Source: an uncultured Actinomycetota bacterium
GTDB lineage: Bacteria > Actinomycetota > Actinomycetes > Actinomycetales > Cellulomonadaceae
Length of the DNA stretch: 64,000 bases
Reading direction: 5' to 3'
Assembly: GCA_963807045.1 (NCBI GenBank)
Contig: CAWDZL010000002.1
Coordinates: 1,664,118 to 1,728,117 of the forward strand
Positions within the stretch are counted from its first letter, which is position 1. Every line of letters begins with the position of its first letter. This document shows, piece by piece, positions 37,648 to 47,301 of this stretch. Position numbers and translations under genes: made by a program. The notes beneath the pieces are model-generated. The model had not been told where the DNA came from. It made no database searches and saw only the letters and a list, made by a program, of their open reading frames with translations.

Positions 37648-37797
37648 CTACTTCGCAGAGCTGGTCTTGACCCTGGAGATCGACGCGGGCGGGGGCCGCA
37701 GGCCGCCCTTCGGGGACTTGCCCGCCGGGTATCCACCGCGGAAGGTGTCGCCGCTCGACTTCTCGGTGGTCGACGACCGCCGCTTCTTGTCGCTCAT
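37648..37797 (-). CDS. small basic Ser/Thr/Lys-rich protein (49 aa)
   Basis: ATG 37797 preceded by GGAAGGGAG. The sequence is low-complexity, so this is a weak call. Confidence 0.3.
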   Translation of the reverse strand: MSDKKRRSSTTEKSSGDTFRGGYPAGKSPKGGLRPPPASISRVKTSSAK

Positions 37798-37817
37798 GGT
37801 TCGGCCGCTCCCTTCCA

Positions 37818-38480
37818 TCACGGGTCGATGAACGCAGCGTAGGCGACCTGGTCCCAGTTGACGAGCACGGCGATGCCGCGACGGAGGACCGCACCGTCCT
37901 CGTCGACGAGGAAGTCCCCGCTGTCCGGGTCCAGCTCGCAGGTGTCCACCAGGTAGAGGTCCTGCGTGTGGGGAAAACCGGCCGCATAGCTGCCCGGACG
38001 CGCGCCCCCGTCGTCGCTCGGGTCCTCCCACGCACCGGCCAGCCAGGTGCCGCTCTTGAGTCGCAGACGCAGCCAGCCCGTGAGCGCGGGGGACCGGAAC
38101 AGTGCATCCCAGCCCCTCGGTGCGGGCGACGGCCCCGTGAAGTAGCGGGCCCACCGCTTCCGCTGCTTCGCCGCGACCCCGACGGCGCTGCCGAGCGCGA
38201 TGGGGAAGACGACGTATGCGGCGTAGATCAGCCAGACCCACCAGGGCACCCGCAGGCCGTCCTCGGAGCTCCACGCGCTCGTGTACCGGCAGTAGAGCCA
38301 GTAGACGAGGGGCGCGGTGAGGACCGAGAACGCCGCTGAGACGCCGACGAAGCGGGCGATGCGGTCGCTCAGCGCGACCTCCCACGCGCCGTCTTCCCGC
38401 TCGTAGGCCCAGGTGTAGAGCGCGCCGGGCAGCACCGCGAGGACGAACACCGCTATCGCCTGGAATGTGCTCGGCGCCAT
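37818..38480 (-). CDS. hypothetical polytopic membrane protein
   Basis: 220 aa with 4-5 TM helices. Protein-like composition. Confidence 0.5.
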   Translation of the reverse strand: MAPSTFQAIAVFVLAVLPGALYTWAYEREDGAWEVALSDRIARFVGVSAAFSVLTAPLVYWLYCRYTSAWSSEDGLRVPWWVWLIYAAYVVFPIALGSAVGVAAKQRKRWARYFTGPSPAPRGWDALFRSPALTGWLRLRLKSGTWLAGAWEDPSDDGGARPGSYAAGFPHTQDLYLVDTCELDPDSGDFLVDEDGAVLRRGIAVLVNWDQVAYAAFIDP

Positions 38481-38564
38481 CGGGTCATCGTGCCGCAGCC
38501 GTCGGGCCGCGTGTGGGCGGTTGTGGACGACGACGCCGGGGCCGGCGGGGGTGACGACGCTCGC

Positions 38565-39758
38565 TCAGCCCTGGGCGAGCCGGTCCAGCGCCAGGCCGGC
38601 GAGCACCGCTGCCGACAGCGGCAGCGCCGACTCGTCGAACCGGGCCTGCGCCGAGTGGTTGTACGGCGCCGTGGCGGGATCCGAGCCGGCGGGCGTTGCG
38701 CCGACGAAGACGTACGCCCCCGGCACCTGCTCCAGCACGTAGGAGAAGTCCTCGGCGCCGGCCAGTGGCTGCGCCAGCTCGGCGTAGTGCCCCGGCCCGG
38801 CGAGCTCGCCGACCACGCGCTCCACGCGCGCCACCTCCGCGGCGTCGTTCACCGTCACCGGGTAGCCGCGTACGTACTCGACGTCGGCGGTCATCCCGTG
38901 CGCGGCGGCGACATGCTCGAACAGTCGCGCGAGCCGCTCCGGCACGGCCGCGTGCGACGCCGGTGAGAACGTCCGCACGGTCGCGGCGAGCTCCGCGGTC
39001 GCCGGGATGACGTTGTCGGTGGTCCCGGCGGCGATCCGCCCGACGGACACCACCACGGGGTCGTGCGCGTCGAACTGCCTGGTCACCGCGGTCTGTAGCG
39101 CGAGCACCATCTCCGCCGCCACCGGTACCGGGTCGGCCGCGAGGTGCGGCATGGACCCGTGCCCGCCCCGGCCCCGCACGGTGACGAACACCTGGTCGGC
39201 GGCCGCCATGAGGGTTCCGGGCCGACCGGTGACCTGACCCGACGGGAACAGCCCCGACGCCACGTGCACCCCGTACGCCGCGACCACGCGGTCGCCGGCG
39301 GCGTCGAGCACGCCCTCCTCGATCATCACGCGCGCGCCGTGCGGCCCCTCCTCGCCCGGCTGGAACATGAAGACGACCGAGCCCGCGATCTTGTCCCGGC
39401 GTGCAAGCAGTAGCCGCGCCGCGCCCACCAACCCGGCCACGTGCAGGTCATGCCCGCACGCGTGCATGACGCCGGGGTGCTCGCTCGTGAACGGCTCGCC
39501 GGTGTCCTCGGTGACGGGCAGGGCGTCCATGTCGCCGCGCAGCAGCACGGCCGGTCCGGGCCGCGCGCCGCGCAGCACGGCGGTCACTGAGCTCAGCCTC
39601 GTGCCCGTCGACACCTCCAGGTCCAGCCCGGCCAGTGCTTCGAGGAGCCGCGCCTGCGTCTTCGGCAGGTCCAGCCCGATCTCTGGGATGCGGTGCAGGT
39701 CGCGGCGCAGCGCCGACAGCTCCGGGGCGAGGGCCCGCGCCTGCGCGAGGAGGGTCAT
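38565..39758 (-). CDS. M20D family amidohydrolase (hippurate hydrolase/N-acyl-amino acid amidohydrolase-like)
   Basis: Metal-binding motifs (MHACGHD, GEEG). ATG 39758 is in frame within the track ORF. Confidence 0.8.
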   Translation of the reverse strand: MTLLAQARALAPELSALRRDLHRIPEIGLDLPKTQARLLEALAGLDLEVSTGTRLSSVTAVLRGARPGPAVLLRGDMDALPVTEDTGEPFTSEHPGVMHACGHDLHVAGLVGAARLLLARRDKIAGSVVFMFQPGEEGPHGARVMIEEGVLDAAGDRVVAAYGVHVASGLFPSGQVTGRPGTLMAAADQVFVTVRGRGGHGSMPHLAADPVPVAAEMVLALQTAVTRQFDAHDPVVVSVGRIAAGTTDNVIPATAELAATVRTFSPASHAAVPERLARLFEHVAAAHGMTADVEYVRGYPVTVNDAAEVARVERVVGELAGPGHYAELAQPLAGAEDFSYVLEQVPGAYVFVGATPAGSDPATAPYNHSAQARFDESALPLSAAVLAGLALDRLAQG

Positions 39759-39773
39759 GGCCCGAGTATGTCG

Positions 39774-39883
39774 CCCCGGCAGATCCCCGCCGCACAGTGG
39801 AGCGTTGCGTGGCCCGTTCGTTCCATCGCGGCGGTTCGACGGAGCGCAACGTTCCACTGTGCGGGTGTGCGGGGATTACTGGT
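39774..39883. repeat. nested palindromic element, copy 5 (stem CACAGTGGAGCGTTGCG / CGCAACGTTCCACTGTG with a 35-nt loop)
   Basis: Lies between the carbamate kinase 3' end and the amidohydrolase start. It shares the AGTGGAGCG core with copies 1 and 2. Confidence 0.75.
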
Positions 39884-40814
39884 GGATCGCGGTGCCGCTC
39901 TCGCCGCGCATGGCGAGCGGCGCCTTCTCCAGGGAGCAGATGACGGCGCGCCGCCCGGGCCCGCTCGCGGCGAACGTCATCGCGGCCTGCACCTTCGGCA
40001 GCATCGACCCGGAGCCGAGCTGCCCGGAGTCGATCAGCTGCTGCGCGGCGGCGAGGTCGAGATCGTCGAGGTCCCGCTGCTGCGGGGTTCCGAAGTCGAC
40101 CGCCACGCGGTCCACCGCGGTGAGGATGAACAGGTAGTCCGCCCCGACGGCCTCGGCGAGCGCCGCGGACGCGAAGTCCTTGTCGATCACCGCGGCCACC
40201 CCCCGGTGGTCGCCCTCCGGCGTCCGGACCACGGGGATCCCGCCCCCGCCGCACGCGACCACGATGAACTCGTGGTCGAGCAGGTTGAGGATCGAGTCCC
40301 GCTCGACGATCCGCACGGGACGCGGCGAGGCGACGACCTGCCGCCAGCCGCGACCGGCGTCGTCCACCATGACCAGGCCGGGCTCCGCCGCCATCATGTC
40401 GCGGGCCGTGGCCTCGTCGTAGAAGGCGCCGATCGGCTTCGTCGGGTGCGCGAACGCCGGGTCGTCCGGATCCACCTCCACCTGCGTGACCACGGATGCC
40501 ACGTGCCACGGCATATCCACCCGGCGCAGCTCGCGGGCGATGCCCTGCTGCAGGTGGTAGCCGATGTAGCCCTGGCTCATGGCGGTGCACTCGGGCAACG
40601 CCATCGGCGTGACCCGATCCGTGTGCCGGGCGGCGACGTCGAACGCGAGGTTGATCGCCCCCACCTGCGGCCCGTTGCCGTGGGACACGATGATCTCGTG
40701 CCCCTGGGCGATGAGCCCGACCAGGGCGGGCGCGGCGGCGTCGATCCGCTCGCGCTGCTCGGCAGCCGTGGTGCCCAGGGCGTTGCCGCCGAGGGCGATG
40801 ACGATGCGCGACAT
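39876..40814 (-). CDS. arcC: carbamate kinase
   Basis: MSRIVIALGGNALG N-terminus. ATG 40814 overlaps the upstream stop (ATGTCA). Confidence 0.85.
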   Translation of the reverse strand: MSRIVIALGGNALGTTAAEQRERIDAAAPALVGLIAQGHEIIVSHGNGPQVGAINLAFDVAARHTDRVTPMALPECTAMSQGYIGYHLQQGIARELRRVDMPWHVASVVTQVEVDPDDPAFAHPTKPIGAFYDEATARDMMAAEPGLVMVDDAGRGWRQVVASPRPVRIVERDSILNLLDHEFIVVACGGGGIPVVRTPEGDHRGVAAVIDKDFASAALAEAVGADYLFILTAVDRVAVDFGTPQQRDLDDLDLAAAQQLIDSGQLGSGSMLPKVQAAMTFAASGPGRRAVICSLEKAPLAMRGESGTAIHQ

Positions 40815-40815
40815 G

Positions 40816-41823
40816 TCAGAGGATCCCGGCGAGCAGCGCGTCGAGCTCGGCCTTGGCGGCGGCGACCTTGTGCGGGTTCGGCGTCTCCGGGCGCAGGAAG
40901 TACGCGAGGAGCGCGCGCTGGGCGGTGAGCCGGTTGCCGGCCTCGATGAAGGCGAGCGAGTAGTCCGAGTCGAGCACCTCGTCGGTGACCTCCTCGCCGC
41001 GCGTGGCGGGCAGGCAGTGCATGAACTGCGCACCCGGGCCGGCCGCGGCCATGAGCTCGGCGTTCACCTGGTAGGTCGGCATGAACGCCGCGAGCCGCTC
41101 GGCCTCGCCGAGCTCGGCCTCGTAGTCGCCGTACCAGACGTCCGTGTAGACGAAGTCGGCACCTTCGATCGCGGCGCGGTCGTCCGTCACGGTCATCGAG
41201 CCGCCGGAGACGGCGCAGTTGGCGCGCCCGATCTCCTGCATGGCGGGCTTGAGCTGGAAGGCCTTCGGTCCGTACTGCACGAAGCTCATGCCCATCTTGG
41301 TGGTGATCATCATGAGCGAGGCGCAGACCTGGGTGGCGTCGCCGACGAACACGACCTTGCAGTCCTCGAGCCGCTTCCCGGCGGGCAGGTTCTCGACCAT
41401 CGTGATGAGGTCGCCGATCTCCTGCGTGGGGTGGTTGTAGTCGGACATGCCGTTGAGCACCGGGATGGTCGCGTGCTTGGCCAGGTCCACGACGGTGTGG
41501 TGGCGGGCGACGCGCGCCATGACGACGTCGACGAGTCGCGACAGGACGCGTGCGGTGTCCTCCATGGACTCGTGGCCGCCGAGCTGGATCTGGCCGGGCG
41601 CGAGGTACTGCGCGTGCCCGCCGAGCTGCGACATCGCCGTCTCGAAGGAGACGCGCGTGCGGGTCGAGGACTGCTCGAAGATCATGCCGAGCGTGCGGCC
41701 CTGCAGCAGCGGCGGGAAGTAGCCCACTGCCACGCACTTCTTCAGCGTGATGCCGAGGTTGACGATGTCGAGCACCTCGGCCTTCGTGAGGTCCTGGGTG
41801 TCGATGAAGTGGCGGACGGTCAT
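40816..41823 (-). CDS. ptcA: putrescine/ornithine carbamoyltransferase
   Basis: STRTR carbamoyl-phosphate motif and HCLP motif. AAGGAG RBS. The genomic context (agmatine deiminase) favours putrescine carbamoyltransferase. Confidence 0.8.
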   Translation of the reverse strand: MTVRHFIDTQDLTKAEVLDIVNLGITLKKCVAVGYFPPLLQGRTLGMIFEQSSTRTRVSFETAMSQLGGHAQYLAPGQIQLGGHESMEDTARVLSRLVDVVMARVARHHTVVDLAKHATIPVLNGMSDYNHPTQEIGDLITMVENLPAGKRLEDCKVVFVGDATQVCASLMMITTKMGMSFVQYGPKAFQLKPAMQEIGRANCAVSGGSMTVTDDRAAIEGADFVYTDVWYGDYEAELGEAERLAAFMPTYQVNAELMAAAGPGAQFMHCLPATRGEEVTDEVLDSDYSLAFIEAGNRLTAQRALLAYFLRPETPNPHKVAAAKAELDALLAGIL

Positions 41824-41966
41824 CGTCGGCTCCTTGGGTTCGTTCGTCTGGTTGAGGGCAGGGCGCATCGGCCGGACCGCTGGCGGGCGGCACGACTGCG
41901 CGGGAGGGGGAGTGCGTGGAGGCCCGTCCCGCCGGGCGGGGGGTGCCCGGCGGGACGGACGGTCGG

Positions 41967-43064
41967 TCAGCGCCCGGAGGGCTGCTGCTGGGTGATGCAG
42001 TGCACGTTGCCGCCGCCGAGGAGGATCTCCCGGCCGGGGACCGTGACGACGCGCCGCGGCGCGAACAGCTCCGTGTACGCGACGACGGCGTCGGCGTCGT
42101 GCGGGTCGTCGAAGACCGGCAGGACGACGATGTCGTTGCCGATGTAGGAGTTCACGTACGAGCCGGCGAGCCGGTCGCCGGCCTCGCGGGGCAGCGTGCC
42201 CTCGATGGAGTCGACACCGGCCGACTCCTCCTCGGTGATGAAGATCGGCCCGGGCTGGTGGATCTTCACGACCTGCAGCGCGCGGCCGTGCGCGTCGCGC
42301 GTCGCCTCGAGCACCTGCAGCGCGGCCAGGGACCGCTCGTACTGCGGGTCGCTCTCGTCGTCGGTCCAGGTCAGCATGACGACACCCGGCCGCACGAAGC
42401 GGCAGAAGTTGTCGACGTGGCCGTTGGTCTCGTCGAGGTAGACGCCGTACGGCAGCCAGACGACGACGTCGGCCCCCAGGTAGTCGCGCAGGTGCTGCTC
42501 GATCTCCTCGCGCGTCAGGTCGGGGTTGCGGCCGGCGGAGAGCAGGCACTCCTCGGTGACGAGGACCGTGCCCTCGCCGTCGACGTCGATCGAGCCGCCC
42601 TCGAGGACCAGCGGTGCCTTGTAGCGGTCGGTGCCCTCGATCTCGCAGACCTTGCGCGCGACGGCGTCGTCGGCGGCCCACGGGAAGTAGAGGCCGTCCA
42701 CGAGCCCGCCCCAGGCGTTGAAGTCCCAGTCGACACCCCGGACGTCGCCGGCGTCGTTCACGACGAACGTGGGACCGATGTCGCGCATCCAGGAGTCGTC
42801 GTTGGACATCTCGACGACGCGCACGACGTCGGGGAGCTCGCTGCGTGCGTTGTCGAACTGCCGGGCGGACACGGCGACCGTGACGCGCTCGGTCTGGGCG
42901 ATCGCCGTCGCGACGGCGGTGAAGGCGGCCTGGGCGGGCTTGGCGCCGAGGCGCCAGTTGTCGGGGCGCTCGGGCCAGACGAGCCAGCAGCCGCTGTGGT
43001 GCGCCCACTCGGCCGGCATGCGGTAGCCGTCCGCCGCGGGGGTGGAGTCGACGGTGTGGACCAT
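41967..43064 (-). CDS. aguA: agmatine deiminase
   Basis: Porphyromonas-type peptidyl-arginine deiminase family signatures (MPAEWAHH, catalytic Cys near C-terminal [13 protein letters not shown]). Confidence 0.85.
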   Translation of the reverse strand: MVHTVDSTPAADGYRMPAEWAHHSGCWLVWPERPDNWRLGAKPAQAAFTAVATAIAQTERVTVAVSARQFDNARSELPDVVRVVEMSNDDSWMRDIGPTFVVNDAGDVRGVDWDFNAWGGLVDGLYFPWAADDAVARKVCEIEGTDRYKAPLVLEGGSIDVDGEGTVLVTEECLLSAGRNPDLTREEIEQHLRDYLGADVVVWLPYGVYLDETNGHVDNFCRFVRPGVVMLTWTDDESDPQYERSLAALQVLEATRDAHGRALQVVKIHQPGPIFITEEESAGVDSIEGTLPREAGDRLAGSYVNSYIGNDIVVLPVFDDPHDADAVVAYTELFAPRRVVTVPGREILLGGGNVHCITQQQPSGR

Positions 43065-43122
43065 GGTGAGCCTTTCTTGGGTCGGGGCGTCAGGCCGGGT
43101 CTCGGCCGCGCCCGGGGGAGTG

Positions 43123-44616
43123 TCAGTCGGTGGGGGCGTCGGCGAACTGCCGTGCGGTGTCCGGGTCCTCGCCGCGCTCGATGGCGCGCTGGCGGGTCCA
43201 GGCCGGGGACTTGAAGCAGAACCACTCCTGCAGGGCGACCGTCACGGCGAGGCCCAGGAGGATCGAGCCGGTGGTGCTCCACGAGTAGTCGTACGGGTTC
43301 CAGACGAAGAACACCGCGGCGAGCCCGAGCAGGACGGTCGGCACCCACGTGATCAGCGACGTCATGGTGCGGCCGCCGGGCACGCGGTAGGGCCGCGGGC
43401 GCTCGGGGTCGATGCGGCGCAGCTTGGCGAACGCCAGCATCATCACGATGTACGGCAGCAGGAAGATCACCGACGAGAACGCGAACAGGTTCCAGAAGAC
43501 GTCGTCGATCGCGCCGTCGGTCAGGGAGAACAGGCCGGCGTAGCCGACGGTGAAGACGGTGCCGACGATCGAGCAGAGCATCGCCGCGCCGACGGGGGTG
43601 CCGCGATCCGGGTGGACCCGGGCGAACACCTTGGGCAGGTCGCCCTGCTGGGCGGACTCCGCAGCGGCGAGGTTGGCGCCGATGGTCCACGGCACGAGGC
43701 ACGCGAAGAAGCAGAACAGCGCGCCGATGCCGAGGGCGGTCACGATGACGTGGGCGATGGTCGAGTCGCCGAAGCCGTGCTGGAGCGCGTCGATCAGGCC
43801 GGTGGTCTCGGAGATCTCGTCGGCGGGGTAGATGAGCTGCATGCCGACGGTGGCGATGAGGTAGAAGCCGCCGATGAGGACGCCCGCGATCGCGATGGTG
43901 CGGGGGACGTCGCGCTTCGGGTTCTCCATCTGCGTGGAGGCCGAGGACATGAGCTCGAAGCCGAGGAAGTTGTAGATGACGATCGGCAGGGCCGCGGCGA
44001 AGGCCGGCAGCGCGTCGGTCGGGAGCATGGTGCTCCAGGTCCAGTCGGTCGCGGAGCCGTTCTTGGTGGCGAAGATCCCGCCTGCGACGGCGAGCGCCAC
44101 GATCACGGCGATCGTGATGCCGGCGCCGACGTTGGAGACCCAGGTGCCGGTCTCGAGGCTGCGCGCGTTGACCCAGTAGTTGATCCAGATGAGCGCGACG
44201 GTGATGGCGATCTGGACCCAGAAGTTGAGGTCGCCGTCGAAGAACATCGACGAGATCGCGCCGGAGAACATCAGGTACACGCTGGGCACCCACAGCCCGA
44301 CGTTCACCCAGTACCACCAGGAGACGCGGCTGCCCCAACGGTTCCCGAAGGCCCGGACGACCCAGGCGTAGATGCCGCCGGCGTCGGGGTAGGCCGAGCC
44401 GAGCTCGGCGGTGACGAGCCCGTAGGGGACGAAGAAGGCAAGGATGATCAGGACGGTCCAGAAGATGGCCGTCGGTCCGACGGCGGCCGTGACCGTGAGC
44501 TGCGAGAGCAGCAGCATGGCGGCGACGGAGAACAGGACCATGTCGAACATGCGGAACGCCGGGCGGGCGGGGGTGGTGCCGCCGGGCGCCTGGGGGGAGT
44601 CGGTCTGAGCGGCCAT
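43123..44616 (-). CDS. APC family amino acid permease (putative agmatine:putrescine antiporter)
   Basis: Twelve TM helices with APC signature regions. ATG 44616 is in frame within the track ORF. Confidence 0.8.
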   Translation of the reverse strand: MAAQTDSPQAPGGTTPARPAFRMFDMVLFSVAAMLLLSQLTVTAAVGPTAIFWTVLIILAFFVPYGLVTAELGSAYPDAGGIYAWVVRAFGNRWGSRVSWWYWVNVGLWVPSVYLMFSGAISSMFFDGDLNFWVQIAITVALIWINYWVNARSLETGTWVSNVGAGITIAVIVALAVAGGIFATKNGSATDWTWSTMLPTDALPAFAAALPIVIYNFLGFELMSSASTQMENPKRDVPRTIAIAGVLIGGFYLIATVGMQLIYPADEISETTGLIDALQHGFGDSTIAHVIVTALGIGALFCFFACLVPWTIGANLAAAESAQQGDLPKVFARVHPDRGTPVGAAMLCSIVGTVFTVGYAGLFSLTDGAIDDVFWNLFAFSSVIFLLPYIVMMLAFAKLRRIDPERPRPYRVPGGRTMTSLITWVPTVLLGLAAVFFVWNPYDYSWSTTGSILLGLAVTVALQEWFCFKSPAWTRQRAIERGEDPDTARQFADAPTD

Positions 44617-44697
44617 CGGTGCTCCTTTGCGTGTGCCGCTGGGTGGTGCATGCGCCCGAAGGGGGGCTGTGCGCGGCGGGTGCCCTCGGCATCCGTG

Positions 44698-44735
44698 TGT
44701 ACAGACGTACAACTTCGGTATGTACAAACGTACAA
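44698..44735. promoter_or_regulatory. two direct copies of TGTACA-N-ACGTACAA (TGTACAGACGTACAA and TGTACAAACGTACAA) upstream of the antiporter gene; candidate TetR (AguR-like) operator
   Basis: Read in the sequence. Each copy contains the TGTACA palindrome. Confidence 0.45.
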
Positions 44736-44801
44736 GTGGGGGCGATGGTGCCTAGGGACCAACGTCCCTCAGTGCTCTGGTGAGCGGGTGACTTCCGGCT
44801 C

Positions 44802-45457
44802 AGGCGCTCGCGGTGCCTGTCGCGCACGTGCCCGGGCAGCACAGCCGCCCGACGACGACGCGCAGCCGCGCGGCGAGGTCCGGCACCTCGAGCCTCGGCG
44901 TTCGAGACGGCCTCGAGCATCAGCCCGTCCACGAGGCAGGCCACGATCTGCACGACCTGCTGGCGGGGGATCGCCGGGTCGCTCGGCGGCAGGACGCGGT
45001 CCACGAGCGAGCCGATCATCTCCGACCATGCGCGCGTCACCGGGCGCAACGAGACGCTGCGCGTCGCCTCCATGAACATCTCGAACAGCGCCAGGTCGTA
45101 CAGCGGGTCGGCCGTGGTCTTGTCGAAGAACATCTCCGTGAGGATCTCGACCGACCGGTCCACGTCGACCGGGCCCTCGACCGCCTCGACGATCGCGACC
45201 AGGCGGTCCGACTCGGCCGCGCGCGCGTGCCCCATCGTCTGCAGCAGCAGGTCGTCGCGGTCGGTGAAGTAGTACGTCGTCGAGCCGAGCGGCACCTCGG
45301 CGGCCTTGGCCACCGCCCGGTGCGTGACGCCGACGGAGCCGCCGGTGCCGAAGACCCGCACCGCGGCGTCGAGGATCTGCTCGCGCTTGCGCTGGCCGCT
45401 CGTCGTCGTGGCGCGCTCGCGCGGGCGGCGGCTGATCCGGTGCTCTGCCCCGGCCAT
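44802..45457 (-). CDS. TetR family transcriptional regulator (AguR-like); 3' end undefined because there is no in-frame stop
   Basis: GAGGAG RBS and ATG 45457. HTH QILDAAVRVFGTGGSVGVTHRAVAKAAEVPLGSTTYYF. The frame runs on for more than 2 kb without a stop. The end given here is a guess at the first stop in an adjacent frame. Confidence 0.6.
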
Positions 45458-45613
45458 GGGTCTCCTCTCGCCTGCCCGGCGTCTCTCACCCTGCCTGGCG
45501 TCGTCCACGTGGCACCGTACCGCCCGACGTCGGGCGCCTCCGCGGCCAGGCATCCGCGCGACCGGGGGCAAAAGCCGTGCGGCCGCGTCGTCCGGGCGGC
45601 CATTCTGGCGATC

Positions 45614-46391
45614 GTGATCACGCTGCGCCGCGAGGAACCCTCCGACCACCGAGCCGTCGAGCTCCTGACCCGCGACGCGTTCTGGGGCAGCGAGATCCCG
45701 CGCTGTGTGGAGCCCCTGCTGGTCCGGCGCCTGCGGGGAGCCGCGTCGCTCGTCCCGGAGCTGAACCTGGTGGCCGAGGACGACGGCGTCATCGTCGGGC
45801 ACGTCATCTACACGCGGGCGCGGGTGGTCGGGCCGGACGGCGAGGCCGAGGTGCTGACCTTCGGCCCGCTGAGCGTGCAGCCGGCGGCGCAGGGAACCGG
45901 CGTCGGCTCCGCGCTGATGCGGCACACGCTCGGTGGGGCCACGGAAGCTCGGGCACCGCGCCGTCGTCGTCTACGGCCACCCGGGCTACTACCCGCGGTT
46001 CGGATTCGTCCGCGGCGCCGACGTGGGGGTCACCGCGCCCGGCGGCGCGACGTTCGACGGGCTGATGGCGCTCGCTCTGGTGCCGGGCGGGCTCGACGGC
46101 GTCCGTGGCGAGTTCCACGAGGACCCGGTGTTCCAGGTCGACCCGGCCGAGGCGGATGCCTTCGACCTCGCCGAGTACCCGCCCAAGGAGCCGGCCGAGC
46201 TGACGCCACTGGAGGCGCTCGCGGGCACGGTGCCCGACGACGTCGTCGCGGCCCTGGGTGCGGCGGGCTTCCCGAACGTGCAGATGGTGCGGCGGACGAG
46301 CCACCGCGAGCTCGCGGCGGTGCCGGGGGTGGGTGAGTCGGGGCGCGACGCCATCGCAGCCTTCCTGCACGCCCGCGGCCTGGCGTGGTGA
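45614..46391 (+). CDS. YhbS-like GNAT acetyltransferase with C-terminal HhH-like extension; apparent +1 frameshift near 45930
   Basis: The N-terminal part is in the frame of track ORF 44813 (ITLRREEPSDHRAVELL...QGTGVGSALMRHTLGG). It continues in the frame of track ORF 45933 (RKLGHRAVVVYGHPGYYPRFGF). Confidence 0.55.
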
Positions 46392-46419
46392 CGGGCTTCT
46401 GCGGCGTTAGCGTCGGTGC

Positions 46420-47244
46420 ATGCCAGTCCTGAACGACGGATCGACCCTGCCCGACGTCGGCTTCGGCACCTACCCGCTGCGCGGTGACGCGGGGACCGAC
46501 GCCGTGCTCAGCGCCCTCGACGCCGGCTACCGGCTCGTCGACACGGCCGTGAACTACCGCAACGAGGACGCCGTCGGGCGGGCGATCGCCGGGACCGATG
46601 TGCCGCGCGAGGAGATCGTCGTCACGACGAAGCTGCCCGGCCGCGACCACGGCTACGACGAGACGCTGGCCTCATTCGACCGCTCGAGCGTCGCGCTGGG
46701 CCTGGACGTGATCGACCTCTACCTCATCCACTGGCCCAACCCGAGCGTCGGCAAGTACGTGGACGCCTACCGCGCGATGGTCCGGCTGCAGGCGGAGGGG
46801 CGGGTGCGGTCCGTCGGCGTCTCGAACTTCACGCCCGAGTTCCTGATGCGCGTGGCCGACGCCACCGGTGTGCTGCCCGCCGTCAACCAGGTGGAGCTGC
46901 ACCCGTTCTTCCCGCAGGTCGAGCTGCGGGCGTTCCACGCAGCGAACGGCATCGTGACCGAGGCGTGGAGCCCGCTCGGCAAGGCTGCGCCGGTCAAGGA
47001 GGCCGCGCCCGTCGTCGCGGCGGCCGGGGCGCACGGCGTGACGCCCGCACAGGTGGTACTCCGCTGGCACCTGCAGCTCGGCGTCGTGCCCATCCCGAAG
47101 TCCGGCGACCCGGGCCGCCAGCGGGAGAACCTCGACCTGGGGGGCTTCGCGCTGTCCGACGACGAGATGGCGGCGATCACGGGGCTCGGCCGGCCCGACG
47201 GACGGCTCTTCGGCGGCGACCCGACCACGCACGAGGAGATGTAA
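46420..47244 (+). CDS. aldo/keto reductase (2,5-diketo-D-gluconate reductase-like)
   Basis: AKR motifs (LVDTAVNYRNE, IHWP, GVSNF). Confidence 0.85.
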   Translation: MPVLNDGSTLPDVGFGTYPLRGDAGTDAVLSALDAGYRLVDTAVNYRNEDAVGRAIAGTDVPREEIVVTTKLPGRDHGYDETLASFDRSSVALGLDVIDLYLIHWPNPSVGKYVDAYRAMVRLQAEGRVRSVGVSNFTPEFLMRVADATGVLPAVNQVELHPFFPQVELRAFHAANGIVTEAWSPLGKAAPVKEAAPVVAAAGAHGVTPAQVVLRWHLQLGVVPIPKSGDPGRQRENLDLGGFALSDDEMAAITGLGRPDGRLFGGDPTTHEEM

Positions 47245-47301
47245 CGGCAGAGCGAGTGGGCGGCCGCAGCCACCCACCCGCTCCCGTCTCGTCCGCTCGC
47301 G

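Noticed and set aside
30907-39883. Palindromic elements as CRISPR repeats or IS terminal inverted repeats
   Set aside because: The copies are dispersed singly, not in arrays. No transposase ORF lies between or near the inverted arms. Each element is self-contained at about 100-180 bp.
42758-45925. 1055-aa minus-strand ORF
   Set aside because: It is a composite read-through. Only the 45457 to about 44850 portion is a real TetR. The rest overlaps the permease and deiminase genes in the wrong frame with junk composition.
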